Notes: generated from the letters alone by a model not told the origin. A DNA stretch of 64,000 nt from an uncultured Candidatus Saccharibacteria bacterium (GCA_964478705.1 CAYZIR010000002.1:23760-87759); one strand, 5' to 3'; positions 9,610 through 20,147 are shown, counted from the first letter of the stretch. Numbers and translations: made by a program.

Positions 9610-10884
9610 ATGAAATACCCAGCGCCCAAACGAACTATTCTCAAAAACGGTATCCGCCTCATCACCGTGCCGATGTCTGCATCGCCAACGGTTACGGTGA
9701 CGGTGCTTGTGGAAGCTGGCTCCCGCTACGAATCAAAAAATGATAACGGGCTTTCACACTTTCTTGAACACATGTGCTTTAAAGGCACCACAAAACGTCC
9801 TAATTCTGCAATTATCACACGCGAGCTCGAGACGATTGGTGCCAGTTACAACGCATTCACAGGTGAAGAAATGACTGGCTATTGGGCGAAAGCGCGTTTG
9901 GAGCATTTCGATAATATCCTTGATGTGGTGTCTGACCTCTATCTTGACCCATTGCTTCCTGAAAAAGAGCTCGAGAAAGAGCGCGGGGTGATTATCGAAG
10001 AAATCAATATGTATGAAGACCTTCCGCAACAGAAGGTTCATGAAATCCTCGATACGTTGATGTATGGCGATCAACCTGCAGGTCGTCCGATCATTGGACC
10101 AAAAAGCAATATAAAAAAGTTCTCACGCGCTGATTTCGTTCGCTATAGAGACACGCATTACACAGGAGCGAAAACCGCAGTCATCATCGCAGGGGGATTT
10201 ACCAATGCAGAGATGGTGCAAAAGGCAAAAAGATATTTCGGCACTGCGCGTAAGGGTGCTCGAGTGACGCGACGTGATACCAAAGAATCACAATCTGCTC
10301 CCGCGTTCATGCATCATGCAAAAACAACTGATCAGACCCACTTTGTGTTGGGCTTCAGAAGTTATCCATTAGGTGACAAGCGTCAGATGGCAACGCGCCT
10401 TCTTGCAGGAATCCTTGGAAGAGGAATGAGTTCACGCCTTTTCTTGAAACTTCGAGACGAGATGGGGGTTTGTTACTACGTTCGCGCGAATCAAGAGAGC
10501 GCGACCGACACTGGTATTTTTAAAATTTCTGCAGGGCTCGATAACAAGCGAGTCGAGGAGGTTATTGAAGCGATTCTTGATGAAGCACGAAAACTTCGAG
10601 ACGTGTTGGTGTCAGTCGATGAACTCGCAAAAGTAAAAGAAATGATTATCGGGGCAATCGCAATGGGGCTTGAAACATCTGACAGCGTTGCAGATTGGTA
10701 CCATGACGAAATTCTTCGCCAGCCACTCAAAACTCCTGCAGATATCATTAAAGAAGTACAAGCGGTCACTCCAGCTCAGATACAAAAAGTTGCAAAGGAT
10801 ATTTTTGTGAACAAGAAATTAAATCTTGCACTCGTCGGGCCAAAACGCAATCTCGCAAAACTCAGGAAAGTCACTAAGATATAA
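9610..10884 (+). CDS. M16 family zinc peptidase
   Basis: HFLEH (HxxEH) motif, NAFT, SSRLF..LR. Confidence 0.92.
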   Translation: MKYPAPKRTILKNGIRLITVPMSASPTVTVTVLVEAGSRYESKNDNGLSHFLEHMCFKGTTKRPNSAIITRELETIGASYNAFTGEEMTGYWAKARLEHFDNILDVVSDLYLDPLLPEKELEKERGVIIEEINMYEDLPQQKVHEILDTLMYGDQPAGRPIIGPKSNIKKFSRADFVRYRDTHYTGAKTAVIIAGGFTNAEMVQKAKRYFGTARKGARVTRRDTKESQSAPAFMHHAKTTDQTHFVLGFRSYPLGDKRQMATRLLAGILGRGMSSRLFLKLRDEMGVCYYVRANQESATDTGIFKISAGLDNKRVEEVIEAILDEARKLRDVLVSVDELAKVKEMIIGAIAMGLETSDSVADWYHDEILRQPLKTPADIIKEVQAVTPAQIQKVAKDIFVNKKLNLALVGPKRNLAKLRKVTKI

Positions 10885-10886
10885 CT

Positions 10887-12629
10887 ATGCAGTCTTCAGA
10901 GATTAGAAAACGGTTTCTCACATTCTTCGAAAAGCGCGGGCACGCCGTGCTTCCGTCGGCTTCTCTTGTACCCGAAAACGACCCATCGGTACTTTTTACG
11001 ACTGCTGGTATGCAGCCGTTGGTTCCATATCTCTTGGGACAGAAACATCCTGCGGGAGATAAGCTCGTGAACATCCAAAAATGTGTTCGCACCGGCGATC
11101 TCGATGACATCGGAGACAACCGCCACTTCTCATTCTTTGAAATGATGGGGAACTGGTCGCTTGGTTCGTATTTCAAACAGGAAGCAATCTCGTGGAGCTA
11201 CGAATTCCTCACATCCAAAGAAGAAGGATTGGGATTGGATCCAAATCGTCTCTACGTAACGTGTTTTGAAGGTGATGAGAACGCACCTCGCGATGAAGAA
11301 TCACCAAAAATCTGGCAGTCGCTTGGTATTCCCGAGCACCGCATCTATTTCCTTGGAGCAGATGATAACTGGTGGAGCCCGGGTGACAACGGTCCGTGCG
11401 GTCCCGACACCGAAATGTTCTACGACATGACCGATGCCGGTCTTGGTGATCTCTCAAAAGAAGATTTTCTTGCTGCACAAAAGCGCGAAGACATCATCGA
11501 GATCTGGAACGACGTGTTCATGGAATATGAAAAGAAAGACGGGAAGGTTGTCGGTAAGCTCGCAAAGAAAAACGTCGACACCGGCGCAGGTCTTGAACGA
11601 ATTACTGCTGTAATGCAGGGCAAAAAGACCGCATATGATACGGATCTTTTTGAACCGATTCTTGAATACATCAGAAGTCATTCCGCAAAAAAAGATATTC
11701 GCGCCGAACGCATTGTTGCAGATCATATGCGCGCATCGGTTTTTATGATCACTGATGGTGTTCGTCCTTCTAATACAGCTGGAGGTTACGTGCTTCGCCG
11801 TCTTATTCGACGTGCGGTACGTTTTTCAGATGTGCTTGAAATGCCTGAGAACGCTTTACAGATTATTCTTGGACTTGTTGCTGAACAATATTCGGCGGCG
11901 TATCCCGAACTCAAAGAATCAAACGTACAACAAATCTTCCAAGAAGAAGAATCAAAATTCCGTAAAACACTCCAACAAGGTTTGAAGGAACTTGAAAAGG
12001 GAACAGACCCGTTCATTTTGGCCACAACATACGGTTTCCCGATCGAACTCACACTCGAACTCGCTAAAGAAAAAGGAAGATCGGTTGATATCGACGATTT
12101 CAAGAAAAAAATGACCGAACACCAAGAACTTTCTCGCACTTCTTCAGCAGGAATGTTCAAAGGCGGACTTGGTGACACGAGCGAGATGTCGCTTCGCTAT
12201 CACACGGCAACACATCTTCTGAACGCAGCGCTCAAACGCGTGCTTGGTGCTCACGTAAAACAGCGGGGAAGCAACATCACTCCTGAACGTCTTCGTTTTG
12301 ACTTTTCTCATCCAACCAAAGTCACCGATGAAGAAAAAGAAAAGATTACAACGCTCATGAACGAATGGGTATCAAAAGGCTTGGTGGTAACCCGACAAGA
12401 AATGCCTCGCGAAGAAGCAGAAAAGATGGGTGCAGAAATGGAATTTGGCGCAAAGTATCCTGATATCGTCTCGGTCTACACCATCGAAGACACCGACGGC
12501 TCCCCAATCAGCCAGGAATTCTGTGGCGGCCCGCATGTCGAGAACACAAAAGTTCTTGGAACATTCACCATCCAAAAAGAAGAAGCGTCATCCGCAGGCG
12601 TTCGCCGTATCAAAGCAATACTTTCCTAA
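10887..12629 (+). CDS. alaS: alanine--tRNA ligase (compact, lacks C-Ala domain)
   Basis: FTTAGMQP, FFEMMGN, DTGAGLER, editing HTATH and CGGPHV; 580 aa. Confidence 0.95.
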   Translation: MQSSEIRKRFLTFFEKRGHAVLPSASLVPENDPSVLFTTAGMQPLVPYLLGQKHPAGDKLVNIQKCVRTGDLDDIGDNRHFSFFEMMGNWSLGSYFKQEAISWSYEFLTSKEEGLGLDPNRLYVTCFEGDENAPRDEESPKIWQSLGIPEHRIYFLGADDNWWSPGDNGPCGPDTEMFYDMTDAGLGDLSKEDFLAAQKREDIIEIWNDVFMEYEKKDGKVVGKLAKKNVDTGAGLERITAVMQGKKTAYDTDLFEPILEYIRSHSAKKDIRAERIVADHMRASVFMITDGVRPSNTAGGYVLRRLIRRAVRFSDVLEMPENALQIILGLVAEQYSAAYPELKESNVQQIFQEEESKFRKTLQQGLKELEKGTDPFILATTYGFPIELTLELAKEKGRSVDIDDFKKKMTEHQELSRTSSAGMFKGGLGDTSEMSLRYHTATHLLNAALKRVLGAHVKQRGSNITPERLRFDFSHPTKVTDEEKEKITTLMNEWVSKGLVVTRQEMPREEAEKMGAEMEFGAKYPDIVSVYTIEDTDGSPISQEFCGGPHVENTKVLGTFTIQKEEASSAGVRRIKAILS

Positions 12630-12633
12630 TACT

Positions 12634-13119
12634 ATGCGTATTCTTTCAGGAGAAGAAGCCAAACGAGCAGAAGGTTTTATGATTGCTGCAGCACATGCAG
12701 CAAAGAAGGCGACGTGTCACAAAGCACACTGTGGCACGGTCATTGTGAAGAACAATAAAATTCTTTCGGAAGGCTGGAATTCACCAGCACAGGAAGATGA
12801 GGGTCAACGCACCTGTGATAACTCATTTGGTCATGCTGATAAAGATGCATTCGACAGGACTTGCTGTGTGCACGCCGAATGGAGGGCTATTCTTAACGCT
12901 CTTCGTGATCATGGGAATGATGTTACGGGAGCGGAACTTTACTTTTCGAGAATTGATGAGACCGGCGCTATCAAGAAGGCGGGAGAGCCTTATTGCACGG
13001 TGTGTAGTCGTCTTGCACTTGAAAGTGGTGTAAGTGTCTTTTTGTTATGGCGCGAAGAAGGAATTTGTGCGTTCGATACACGAGAATACAATCGTCTGTC
13101 ATATCACTATTTCGAATAG
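12634..13119 (+). CDS. dCMP/cytidine deaminase family protein
   Basis: HAE and PYCTVC zinc motifs; start taken at MRILS. Confidence 0.85.
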   Translation: MRILSGEEAKRAEGFMIAAAHAAKKATCHKAHCGTVIVKNNKILSEGWNSPAQEDEGQRTCDNSFGHADKDAFDRTCCVHAEWRAILNALRDHGNDVTGAELYFSRIDETGAIKKAGEPYCTVCSRLALESGVSVFLLWREEGICAFDTREYNRLSYHYFE

Positions 13120-13179
13120 CGCTGTGTGGGTTCAATTGTTTTCTTACGAAACAAAAATGCTACACTGATCGGTAGTAGT

Positions 13180-14364
13180 ATGAGTATTTTTTCTCGCGCA
13201 CAACATGCCAGCACGCTTAACCTCATAGTTGCAATTGAGAGTGGAAGTGTGTCAGTTGCAATCGTCCATACGACCGAAACAAACGGTCGTACATTTCTTT
13301 TTTCAACATCACGCTCATTTATGGGCGAGGCGCAAACGGGGAGTGAGCTTCTTTCTCGAATGGGCGATGCGCTGAGGCGTGCGTGTGATGATATTCAAAA
13401 AGAAGGGTTAACGCATATCATTCACGCAACAAAGTCTTCAAAAGGATTCGCAACTATTACTATTCTCTATGGAGCACCCTGGTATGTGTCTCGTGGACGA
13501 ACGGTCACCTTGAAAGAAGCAACAGGACGGACAATTACCAAACGGTTCCTCGCTGAATTGATAGAAGCACATAGTGCAGAAATGCTACCGTCTGAGTTCG
13601 CACATGCGGTCATCATTGAACGTGACGCACAAGCCTTTACCGTTAATGGATACCCTGTAAAAACACCCATCGGTATGACGGGAGAAACTCTGTCGATGAA
13701 GGTGTACGTAAGTGCTGTGGGGGCTGAAACCAAACGGATGGTTGAAGATACGATTGCACGATATTTTCATGCATCACATATCACACATGGGTCAGCATCA
13801 CGTACGCTCATGACAGCAATTGGCGGGTATGCCGTCACTGACCCTCGATATATTGTTGTTGCGGTATCCGAATATGCCACTGAACTTACGCTCGCAGAGC
13901 ATGGTGTCGCCGTTGATGCCATCTCTTTTCCTATTGGTACAGCGCATATTGAATCTGCACGAGCACATACTACGCTTCGTCATGAAGTCGTTCAGCGAGA
14001 GCGCCAGCCCTCTCATTTTGCAGATACAGGTGATCAAGCAGCGCGTGCCCATGCGCTTGTAGATTGGATGCGTGCGTGTGATGGAGCGCTCCGTGATATT
14101 GAAGGTGCCGGTGTTCCAACCGCAATTCCGATGGTTATTGTTGTTGATCCAATCTGGCAGACACTTATTGCAAACGGGCTTCGTTCGTATCGTGTCTCAC
14201 GGGGCGCACATCCATCTGATGAACATGTGTCACTATTTTCTTCGGCTCTTTACGACCGTTTTTATACAAAAGGATCTCACGTGAGATCGCTACCGCCTCT
14301 GTTTATAGCAACATCGGTAATTCCGGAAGCCCATAGCGCGTCTGGTGCACTGAAGAAAATGTAG
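13180..14364 (+). CDS. divergent FtsA/actin-fold-like protein
   Basis: IESGSVS, VNGYPVKTPIG, SFPIG segments resemble degenerate FtsA-like CPR proteins. Confidence 0.5.
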   Translation: MSIFSRAQHASTLNLIVAIESGSVSVAIVHTTETNGRTFLFSTSRSFMGEAQTGSELLSRMGDALRRACDDIQKEGLTHIIHATKSSKGFATITILYGAPWYVSRGRTVTLKEATGRTITKRFLAELIEAHSAEMLPSEFAHAVIIERDAQAFTVNGYPVKTPIGMTGETLSMKVYVSAVGAETKRMVEDTIARYFHASHITHGSASRTLMTAIGGYAVTDPRYIVVAVSEYATELTLAEHGVAVDAISFPIGTAHIESARAHTTLRHEVVQRERQPSHFADTGDQAARAHALVDWMRACDGALRDIEGAGVPTAIPMVIVVDPIWQTLIANGLRSYRVSRGAHPSDEHVSLFSSALYDRFYTKGSHVRSLPPLFIATSVIPEAHSASGALKKM

Positions 14365-14471
14365 GGTGAGGGGAAAACCACGAACTTGACGGGAATATGG
14401 TGTGGTATCATACAAGAAACCTCGCGTAAGCAGGGAAAACGCATTATCTGTTCTAAACATTAGCTTTCACT

Positions 14472-15791
14472 ATGCAGGATATTATCAAGCCACAAAGTGA
14501 GCGTCGATCGGTACGTAATATTGCAATTGATCGGCCACAAACGACATCACAGAGCACTGATACAGCAACTGCTCCAGGATTTTCAAAAGAATCATCACTT
14601 CCGCCTATGCCACCATCATCATTCCCCCGTATTCCACGAACAACATCGCACACAACATGGTACATCGTTGGAGGTGTTGTACTTGCAATCATCCTTGTCT
14701 TTGTCGTCGGTTCATTCTTTGCTGGAGCTCATGTTGCAATAACTCCCCGATACGCGGTTGTGAACTTGGACAGCACATTCACTGCATACCGTGATCCAGC
14801 ACCCGGCGCTGTTGGCTTTGAGATCGTTGAGGTCTCAAAGGAAAGCTCTCGTAGTGTGAAAGCAACAGGCGAGGAGCGCATCGAGCGCCCTGCATCAGGA
14901 AAAATCGTTGTCTACAACAACTACGACGACAAGCCACAAAAACTCATCAAAAACACGCGTTTTGAAACTCCAGACGGGAAAATTTACCGTATTCAAGAAT
15001 CAATCACGGTGCCTGGACAAACAAAAGACGCTTCAGGTCAAACGGTCCCTGGTAGTGTTGAAGCAACTGTTTTCGCTGACAGTGCTGGAGAGTCTTACAA
15101 CATTGACCTCACAGATTTCACCATCCCAGGCTTCAAAGAAGGTAATGACCCTCGCTACAACGCATTCTACGCACGCTCAAAAACAGCAATGACTGGTGGT
15201 TTTGCCGGCACCGTCAAGACCGCGTCAGATGCCGACACAAAGGCAGCCGAAGCAGAAATCGACGCAGAGCTTCGCGAGAGTTTGAAAACAGATGCAACGG
15301 TGGGTCTCGCCGAAGGGTTTGTTGTGCTCCCAGAAAGTGCTCAATACTCGTTTGAATCACTACCAAACAAAGAAGGAGAAAATGGAAACGTAATGATTGC
15401 TCGCAAAGGTACGTTAACGCTTCTTGCGGTCAATAAAGATGCCATTGCATCAGCGGCAGCTGCCGAGCGTATCGCTGGGTATGCAGGGGAGTCGGTCACG
15501 TTCTCTGACACCGATGAACTTTCGTTCCAAATTGTTACTGAACCATTCGACATCGTATCTGCAACAGCAACTGATATTCGCGTCACAGGCCCGTCAACAC
15601 TCGTATGGACATTCGATGCAGAAGACATTAAAGGAAAGTTGGCGACTAAGAGTCGAAGTGATGCGTCAGGCGTATTCTCGACATATCCAGGTATCGAAAA
15701 AGCTGATATAGTGATCCGCCCCTTCTGGAAACGATCATTCCCAAGTGACACAGCGGATATTGAAATTTCAATTGAAGAGGCAGGAAACTAG
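14472..15791 (+). CDS. single-TM protein of the CPR baseplate-J-like family
   Basis: TM helix then ASGKIVVYN, TRFETPDG, GESYNI, MTGG, PFW motifs. Confidence 0.55.
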   Translation: MQDIIKPQSERRSVRNIAIDRPQTTSQSTDTATAPGFSKESSLPPMPPSSFPRIPRTTSHTTWYIVGGVVLAIILVFVVGSFFAGAHVAITPRYAVVNLDSTFTAYRDPAPGAVGFEIVEVSKESSRSVKATGEERIERPASGKIVVYNNYDDKPQKLIKNTRFETPDGKIYRIQESITVPGQTKDASGQTVPGSVEATVFADSAGESYNIDLTDFTIPGFKEGNDPRYNAFYARSKTAMTGGFAGTVKTASDADTKAAEAEIDAELRESLKTDATVGLAEGFVVLPESAQYSFESLPNKEGENGNVMIARKGTLTLLAVNKDAIASAAAAERIAGYAGESVTFSDTDELSFQIVTEPFDIVSATATDIRVTGPSTLVWTFDAEDIKGKLATKSRSDASGVFSTYPGIEKADIVIRPFWKRSFPSDTADIEISIEEAGN

Positions 15792-15792
15792 C

Positions 15793-16035
15793 ATGAACGA
15801 CCAAACAAAAGGCGAAGTAATCAAAGGACATGTCATTGAAGCATTAGCGAATGCCCACTTCAGAGTGACATTCGAAGGGAAAGAGCCTGACGAAGTGGGC
15901 GGGATGAACCAGCCGGTCATTGCCTATCTCGCAGGAAAGATGCGTCTTCACCGAATTCGCGTCATTGTCGGCGATACCGTTGAATTGCTTCTTGATCCGT
16001 ACGGTGGGAAGCCTCGTATCGTTCGACGTCTATAG
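15793..16035 (+). CDS. infA: translation initiation factor IF-1
   Basis: VIEALANAHFRV, AYLAGKMRLHRIRVIVGDTV. Confidence 0.92.
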   Translation: MNDQTKGEVIKGHVIEALANAHFRVTFEGKEPDEVGGMNQPVIAYLAGKMRLHRIRVIVGDTVELLLDPYGGKPRIVRRL

Positions 16036-16199
16036 GTTTAAGGGGTTTCAAACCCTTGATTCCTGTTTTACCCACGTAGGTATTGTGCTTTCGGTATGCC
16101 CGTGTTACTATAGTCGTCTCATAGGGAGGCGACCGTACAAGCCGGTTGTTTTTATGTCTGAGTCGGTTGGAATGCTTGTGAAATCAAACAACGAATTTT

Positions 16200-16313
16200 A
16201 TGCAAGTCAAATCAGCAGTAGCAAAGCGTTGCAACAAGTGCAAAATGGTTCGCCGTGCGGGCCGTCTTCGAATCGTGTGCGATAATCCCCGCCACAAACA
16301 GCGCCAAGGCTAA
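16200..16313 (+). CDS. rpmJ: 50S ribosomal protein L36 (missing from ORF track)
   Basis: [37 protein letters not shown]. Confidence 0.95.
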   Translation: MQVKSAVAKRCNKCKMVRRAGRLRIVCDNPRHKQRQG

Positions 16314-16394
16314 AAATCGCTAGGGTATAGCCACTAGAGAATCAGAAACGAAATTCTTCCTACACCCTAGACCCCATACCCTAAAACCTAAACT

Positions 16395-16775
16395 ATGCGT
16401 ATCGCCGGTATCACACTTCCAGATAACAAACGAATGCCATATGCCTTGACGGCTGTGTACGGCATTGGTCGCTCACGCGCATTGAAAGTGCTTGCTACTG
16501 CAAAAGTTGATCCTGCTAAGAAGCCAACAGATCTTTCAGAAGCTGAAGAAGGTGCAATTCGAAAAGCACTCGAAGGGTACATTCTTGAAGGAGATTTGAA
16601 ACGTGAAGTATCAGGAAACATCAAGCGATTGAAAGACATCACATCAAACCGCGGTATGCGCCACAGCAAGCGCCTTCCGGTTCGTGGCCAGCGCACCAAG
16701 ACCAACTCACGAACAGTTCGTGGTAACGTCCGCAAGACCATGGGTTCTGGTAAGCGTAAGGTTGAACTTAAATAA
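16395..16775 (+). CDS. rpsM: 30S ribosomal protein S13
   Basis: RIAGI, YGIGRS, LPVRGQRTKTNSRT. Confidence 0.97.
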   Translation: MRIAGITLPDNKRMPYALTAVYGIGRSRALKVLATAKVDPAKKPTDLSEAEEGAIRKALEGYILEGDLKREVSGNIKRLKDITSNRGMRHSKRLPVRGQRTKTNSRTVRGNVRKTMGSGKRKVELK

Positions 16776-16781
16776 TATTGT

Positions 16782-17213
16782 ATGGGAAAGAAACGAGTTG
16801 CATCAAAAGGAGGTACAGCAGGAGAAGGAGCGTCACAAGGCGGTTCACGTCTTTCGCGCAAGCGACTCGACACAGGTCTTTTGTACGTCGAAGCGACCTA
16901 CAACAACACGAAAGTGCTTCTCACTGACACAACAGGTAACACTGTTTCGTGGTCATCATCAGGTACCCTCGGTTTCAAAGGTGCAAAGAAAGGTACACCA
17001 TTTGCCGCTGCAAAAGTTGGTGAGCACGTCGGTGATATCGGCAAGCAGTTGGGCGTTCGAGAAATCGGCATCGTCGTCAAAGGCGTCGGTTCTGGTCGCG
17101 AATCAGCTATCCGTGCGTTCGTGGCAAAGAGCGGTTCCATTATTTCTTTCATCGAAGATCGAACACCGGTTCCATTCAACGGTCCTAAGCCGAAGAAAGC
17201 ACGTCGCGTGTAG
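16782..17213 (+). CDS. rpsK: 30S ribosomal protein S11
   Basis: TYNNT, GFKGAKKGTPFAA, GSGRESAIR. Confidence 0.97.
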   Translation: MGKKRVASKGGTAGEGASQGGSRLSRKRLDTGLLYVEATYNNTKVLLTDTTGNTVSWSSSGTLGFKGAKKGTPFAAAKVGEHVGDIGKQLGVREIGIVVKGVGSGRESAIRAFVAKSGSIISFIEDRTPVPFNGPKPKKARRV

Positions 17214-17297
17214 ATATAGCACTGGGATATAGGGTTGAGCCACGAGCAAGACCATATACTCCCTAACCCCCAAACCCAACACCCTAAACCCTAATCT

Positions 17298-17909
17298 ATG
17301 TTTCGCCCAAAACGATTTAAATTAGCTCGTCGCCTCGGTCCTGCGGTCTTTGATCAGACCCAGACTGAGCGTTTTGCAATTTCAGAAGCGCGCAAAAAGA
17401 AAGGTGGACAGAAAGACAAACACCGAAAAAATATTTCTGCATACAACACCGCACTTCGTGGCAAGCAATTGGTTCGTATCTACTACGGTATTCCAGAGCG
17501 CCAGTTCAAGCGTTACGTCAAAGAAGCAACTGAAAAGACTACCGGCAACCCAGTAGCCTTGCTCTACACACACCTCGAATATCGTCTCGACAATGTCGTC
17601 TATCGCATTGGTCTTGCACCAACACACCGTGCAGCTCGTCAGATGGTTTCTCACGGCCACATCACGGTAAACGGCAAGAAGATCCGTGTGCCATCGCACA
17701 TTGTTTCGAAAGACGATGTTGTAGCGGTTCGTGCAGGTAGTGCGACAAAGCCGTTGTTTACTGCAGAAAAGACAAATGAGACGAAAATTCCGTCATGGAT
17801 TACTGAGGCAGAGAAAGAAAAGAGCTGGAAGATTACCGGCATGCCACGTGTTGATGAGATTTCATCAGCATTCAATTTCCCGTCAGTCGTTGAATTTTAT
17901 TCACGATAG
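17298..17909 (+). CDS. rpsD: 30S ribosomal protein S4
   Basis: LEYRLDNVVYR, ARQMVSHGHI, VEFYSR. Confidence 0.97.
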   Translation: MFRPKRFKLARRLGPAVFDQTQTERFAISEARKKKGGQKDKHRKNISAYNTALRGKQLVRIYYGIPERQFKRYVKEATEKTTGNPVALLYTHLEYRLDNVVYRIGLAPTHRAARQMVSHGHITVNGKKIRVPSHIVSKDDVVAVRAGSATKPLFTAEKTNETKIPSWITEAEKEKSWKITGMPRVDEISSAFNFPSVVEFYSR

Positions 17910-17940
17910 TATTTATTAATCGCGTATATAAGATTGAGTT

Positions 17941-18909
17941 ATGGAAAACGCAATTCACACACCATCACAGCCGAAAATTGTTTCTGAAAAGGGCAATGCA
18001 GGTATGTACCAGATCGACAACTTGTACCCAGGATATGGGCACACGCTCGGTAACTCGCTTCGCCGAATCGTTCTTTCATCGATTCCAGGTGCTGCGGTTA
18101 CTGCGGTCAAAATTGACGGAGTCTCTCACGAATTCTCTACGCTTGAAGGCGTCAAAGAGGATGTAGTGACACTTATTTTGAATATCAAGCAAATCCGTTT
18201 CGACCTCACCGGTGAAGAGCCACAAAAAGCAACGCTCTCTATCAAGGGTCCAAAGGAAGTGACGGCAGCGGATCTCGTTGTTCCCGGCCAGGTTCGCGTG
18301 TTGACGCCAGACATTCACATCGCAAGTGTGACTGGCAAAAATCCAATTGAGATTGAATTGACGATTGAAAAAGGCCTTGGATACGTTCCAAAAGAGATTC
18401 ACCACAAGGAAAAGGTTGAAGTTGGCACCATCTCACTCGATGCAGTGTTCACACCAATCAAGCGTGTAACGTACGAAGTTGAAAACATGCGTGTTGGCGA
18501 CCGAACAGACTTCAACCGTTTGAAGATGTTTATCGAAACCGACGGCACCCTCACACCTCGCGAGGCACTCGAGCAGTCGATTCGCATTATGATCACGCAG
18601 CTCAAAGCAATTGTTGGCTTTGAAGAGCCGGTCATCGAAGAGCAGTCGTTTACCGATGAACCAGCAGTGCACATCGTAACCGGCGCAGAAAACGAAGAGG
18701 CAGCAAAAGAGTTTTTGAAGACTCGCATTGAGTCATTGTCGCTTTCAACCCGCACCGAGAATGCTCTTACGAATGCAAACATCCGCACCGTTGGAGGTTT
18801 GGTTCGAAAGAAAGAAGAAGATCTTTTTGACCTCGAAGGATTGGGCGAAAAGGGAGTTCAGGAGATTCGTCGAGCGCTTGCAAACTACGGTATCACCCTC
18901 AAACAGTAA
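17941..18909 (+). CDS. rpoA: RNA polymerase subunit alpha
   Basis: GYGHTLGNSLRR, HEFSTLEGVKED. Confidence 0.97.
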   Translation: MENAIHTPSQPKIVSEKGNAGMYQIDNLYPGYGHTLGNSLRRIVLSSIPGAAVTAVKIDGVSHEFSTLEGVKEDVVTLILNIKQIRFDLTGEEPQKATLSIKGPKEVTAADLVVPGQVRVLTPDIHIASVTGKNPIEIELTIEKGLGYVPKEIHHKEKVEVGTISLDAVFTPIKRVTYEVENMRVGDRTDFNRLKMFIETDGTLTPREALEQSIRIMITQLKAIVGFEEPVIEEQSFTDEPAVHIVTGAENEEAAKEFLKTRIESLSLSTRTENALTNANIRTVGGLVRKKEEDLFDLEGLGEKGVQEIRRALANYGITLKQ

Positions 18910-18961
18910 TCATTGCTTTCGATTCCCTAAACCCTACACCCGATACCCTAAACCCTAGACT

Positions 18962-19318
18962 ATGCGCCACCACAACGTCAACAGAAAATTCGGCCGAGAG
19001 AAAAACCAGCGTGAAGCATTCATTCGCTCACTTGCTGCTTCTCTTATCTTGAAAAACAAGATTACAACAACGCTTCCACGCGCAAAGGAAATTCGTCCCT
19101 TTGTTGAGAAGCTTGTTACTCGTGCAAAGAACCCAACGTTGGCAAACATGCGCATCTTGAATGCTCGATTGGGCACAGAGAATGGCAAGGTCTTGAAGAA
19201 ACTGATTGACACTGCAACATCAAAGTACAAAGAACGAGCTGGTGGCTACCTTCGTATCACGAAATCAGGCGTGCGAGAGGGCGATGCAGCGCAAAAAGCA
19301 GTTATCGAATTCGTCTAA
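18962..19318 (+). CDS. rplQ: 50S ribosomal protein L17
   Basis: MRHH..RKFGR, ITTTLPRAKE, GGYLRI. Confidence 0.97.
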   Translation: MRHHNVNRKFGREKNQREAFIRSLAASLILKNKITTTLPRAKEIRPFVEKLVTRAKNPTLANMRILNARLGTENGKVLKKLIDTATSKYKERAGGYLRITKSGVREGDAAQKAVIEFV

Positions 19319-19361
19319 TGCATTTCCTACACGCTATACGCTACAATCTAAACTCTAGAAC

Positions 19362-19703
19362 ATGATTACCATCGACGCACAAAACAAAAAACTCGGACGC
19401 TTGGCAAGCGAGATCGCAAAGCTCCTTATGGGCAAGGACTCTGCTGAGTACCGACGCAACACCGCTCCTGAGCGTGAAATTAAGGTTACCAACGCTTCAA
19501 AAATGGATATTGATGCACGTAAGCTCGCATCGAAGGAGTACGTTCGCTTCACCGGTCACCCAGGCGGTTTGAAAACAGAAACGCTCGGCGCGCTTTCAAA
19601 GCGAAAAGGGTTCGGAGCAGCACTTGAACTCGCAGTCTACGGCATGCTTCCGGGCAACAAACTTCGCCCACGCATGATGAAGCGTCTTACCATCGAGGAA
19701 TAG
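19362..19703 (+). CDS. rplM: 50S ribosomal protein L13 (short)
   Basis: IDA..LGRLAS, GHPGGLK, AVYGMLP. Confidence 0.93.
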   Translation: MITIDAQNKKLGRLASEIAKLLMGKDSAEYRRNTAPEREIKVTNASKMDIDARKLASKEYVRFTGHPGGLKTETLGALSKRKGFGAALELAVYGMLPGNKLRPRMMKRLTIEE

Positions 19704-19742
19704 TTAGTCACTCAGTAAACCCAACACTTAAACCCTAATCTT

Positions 19743-20144
19743 ATGGCGGTAGCAAAAAAATACATTGAAGGAATCGGACGTCGAAAGGAAGCGAATGCAC
19801 GCGTTCGTGTCACATTCGATGCGTCAAAGCCAACGTTTGTTGTAAACGACAAACCGCTTGATGAATTTTTCCCACTCCGCGATCTTCAAATGATTGCTCG
19901 CGAAGCGCTTGTAAAGGCTGATAAAGCAGATGCTGCTGTCACGGTGAAAGTTGTTGGTGGAGGAATTCACGCACAGGCTGAAGCAATTCGCCTTGGTACC
20001 GCACGCGCATTGGTTGCACTCGACAAAACACACCGTGCCGTGTTGAAACCAGCAGGCTTCCTTAAGCGTGACCCTCGTACTGTTGAACGAAAGAAATTCG
20101 GCTTGAAGAAAGCCCGCAAGTCTCCACAGTGGGCGAAGCGTTAA
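19743..20144 (+). CDS. rpsI: 30S ribosomal protein S9
   Basis: GRRKEA, GGGIHAQAEA, ERKKFGLKKARKSPQWAKR. Confidence 0.97.
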   Translation: MAVAKKYIEGIGRRKEANARVRVTFDASKPTFVVNDKPLDEFFPLRDLQMIAREALVKADKADAAVTVKVVGGGIHAQAEAIRLGTARALVALDKTHRAVLKPAGFLKRDPRTVERKKFGLKKARKSPQWAKR

Positions 20145-20147
20145 TTC

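Noticed and set aside
14472-15791. Prophage, based on the baseplate-J-like gene
   Set aside because: No other phage structural, terminase or integrase genes nearby.
16321-19742. Eukaryotic telomere (CCCTAAA) contamination
   Set aside because: Arrays are short, degenerate and embedded in an intact bacterial operon.
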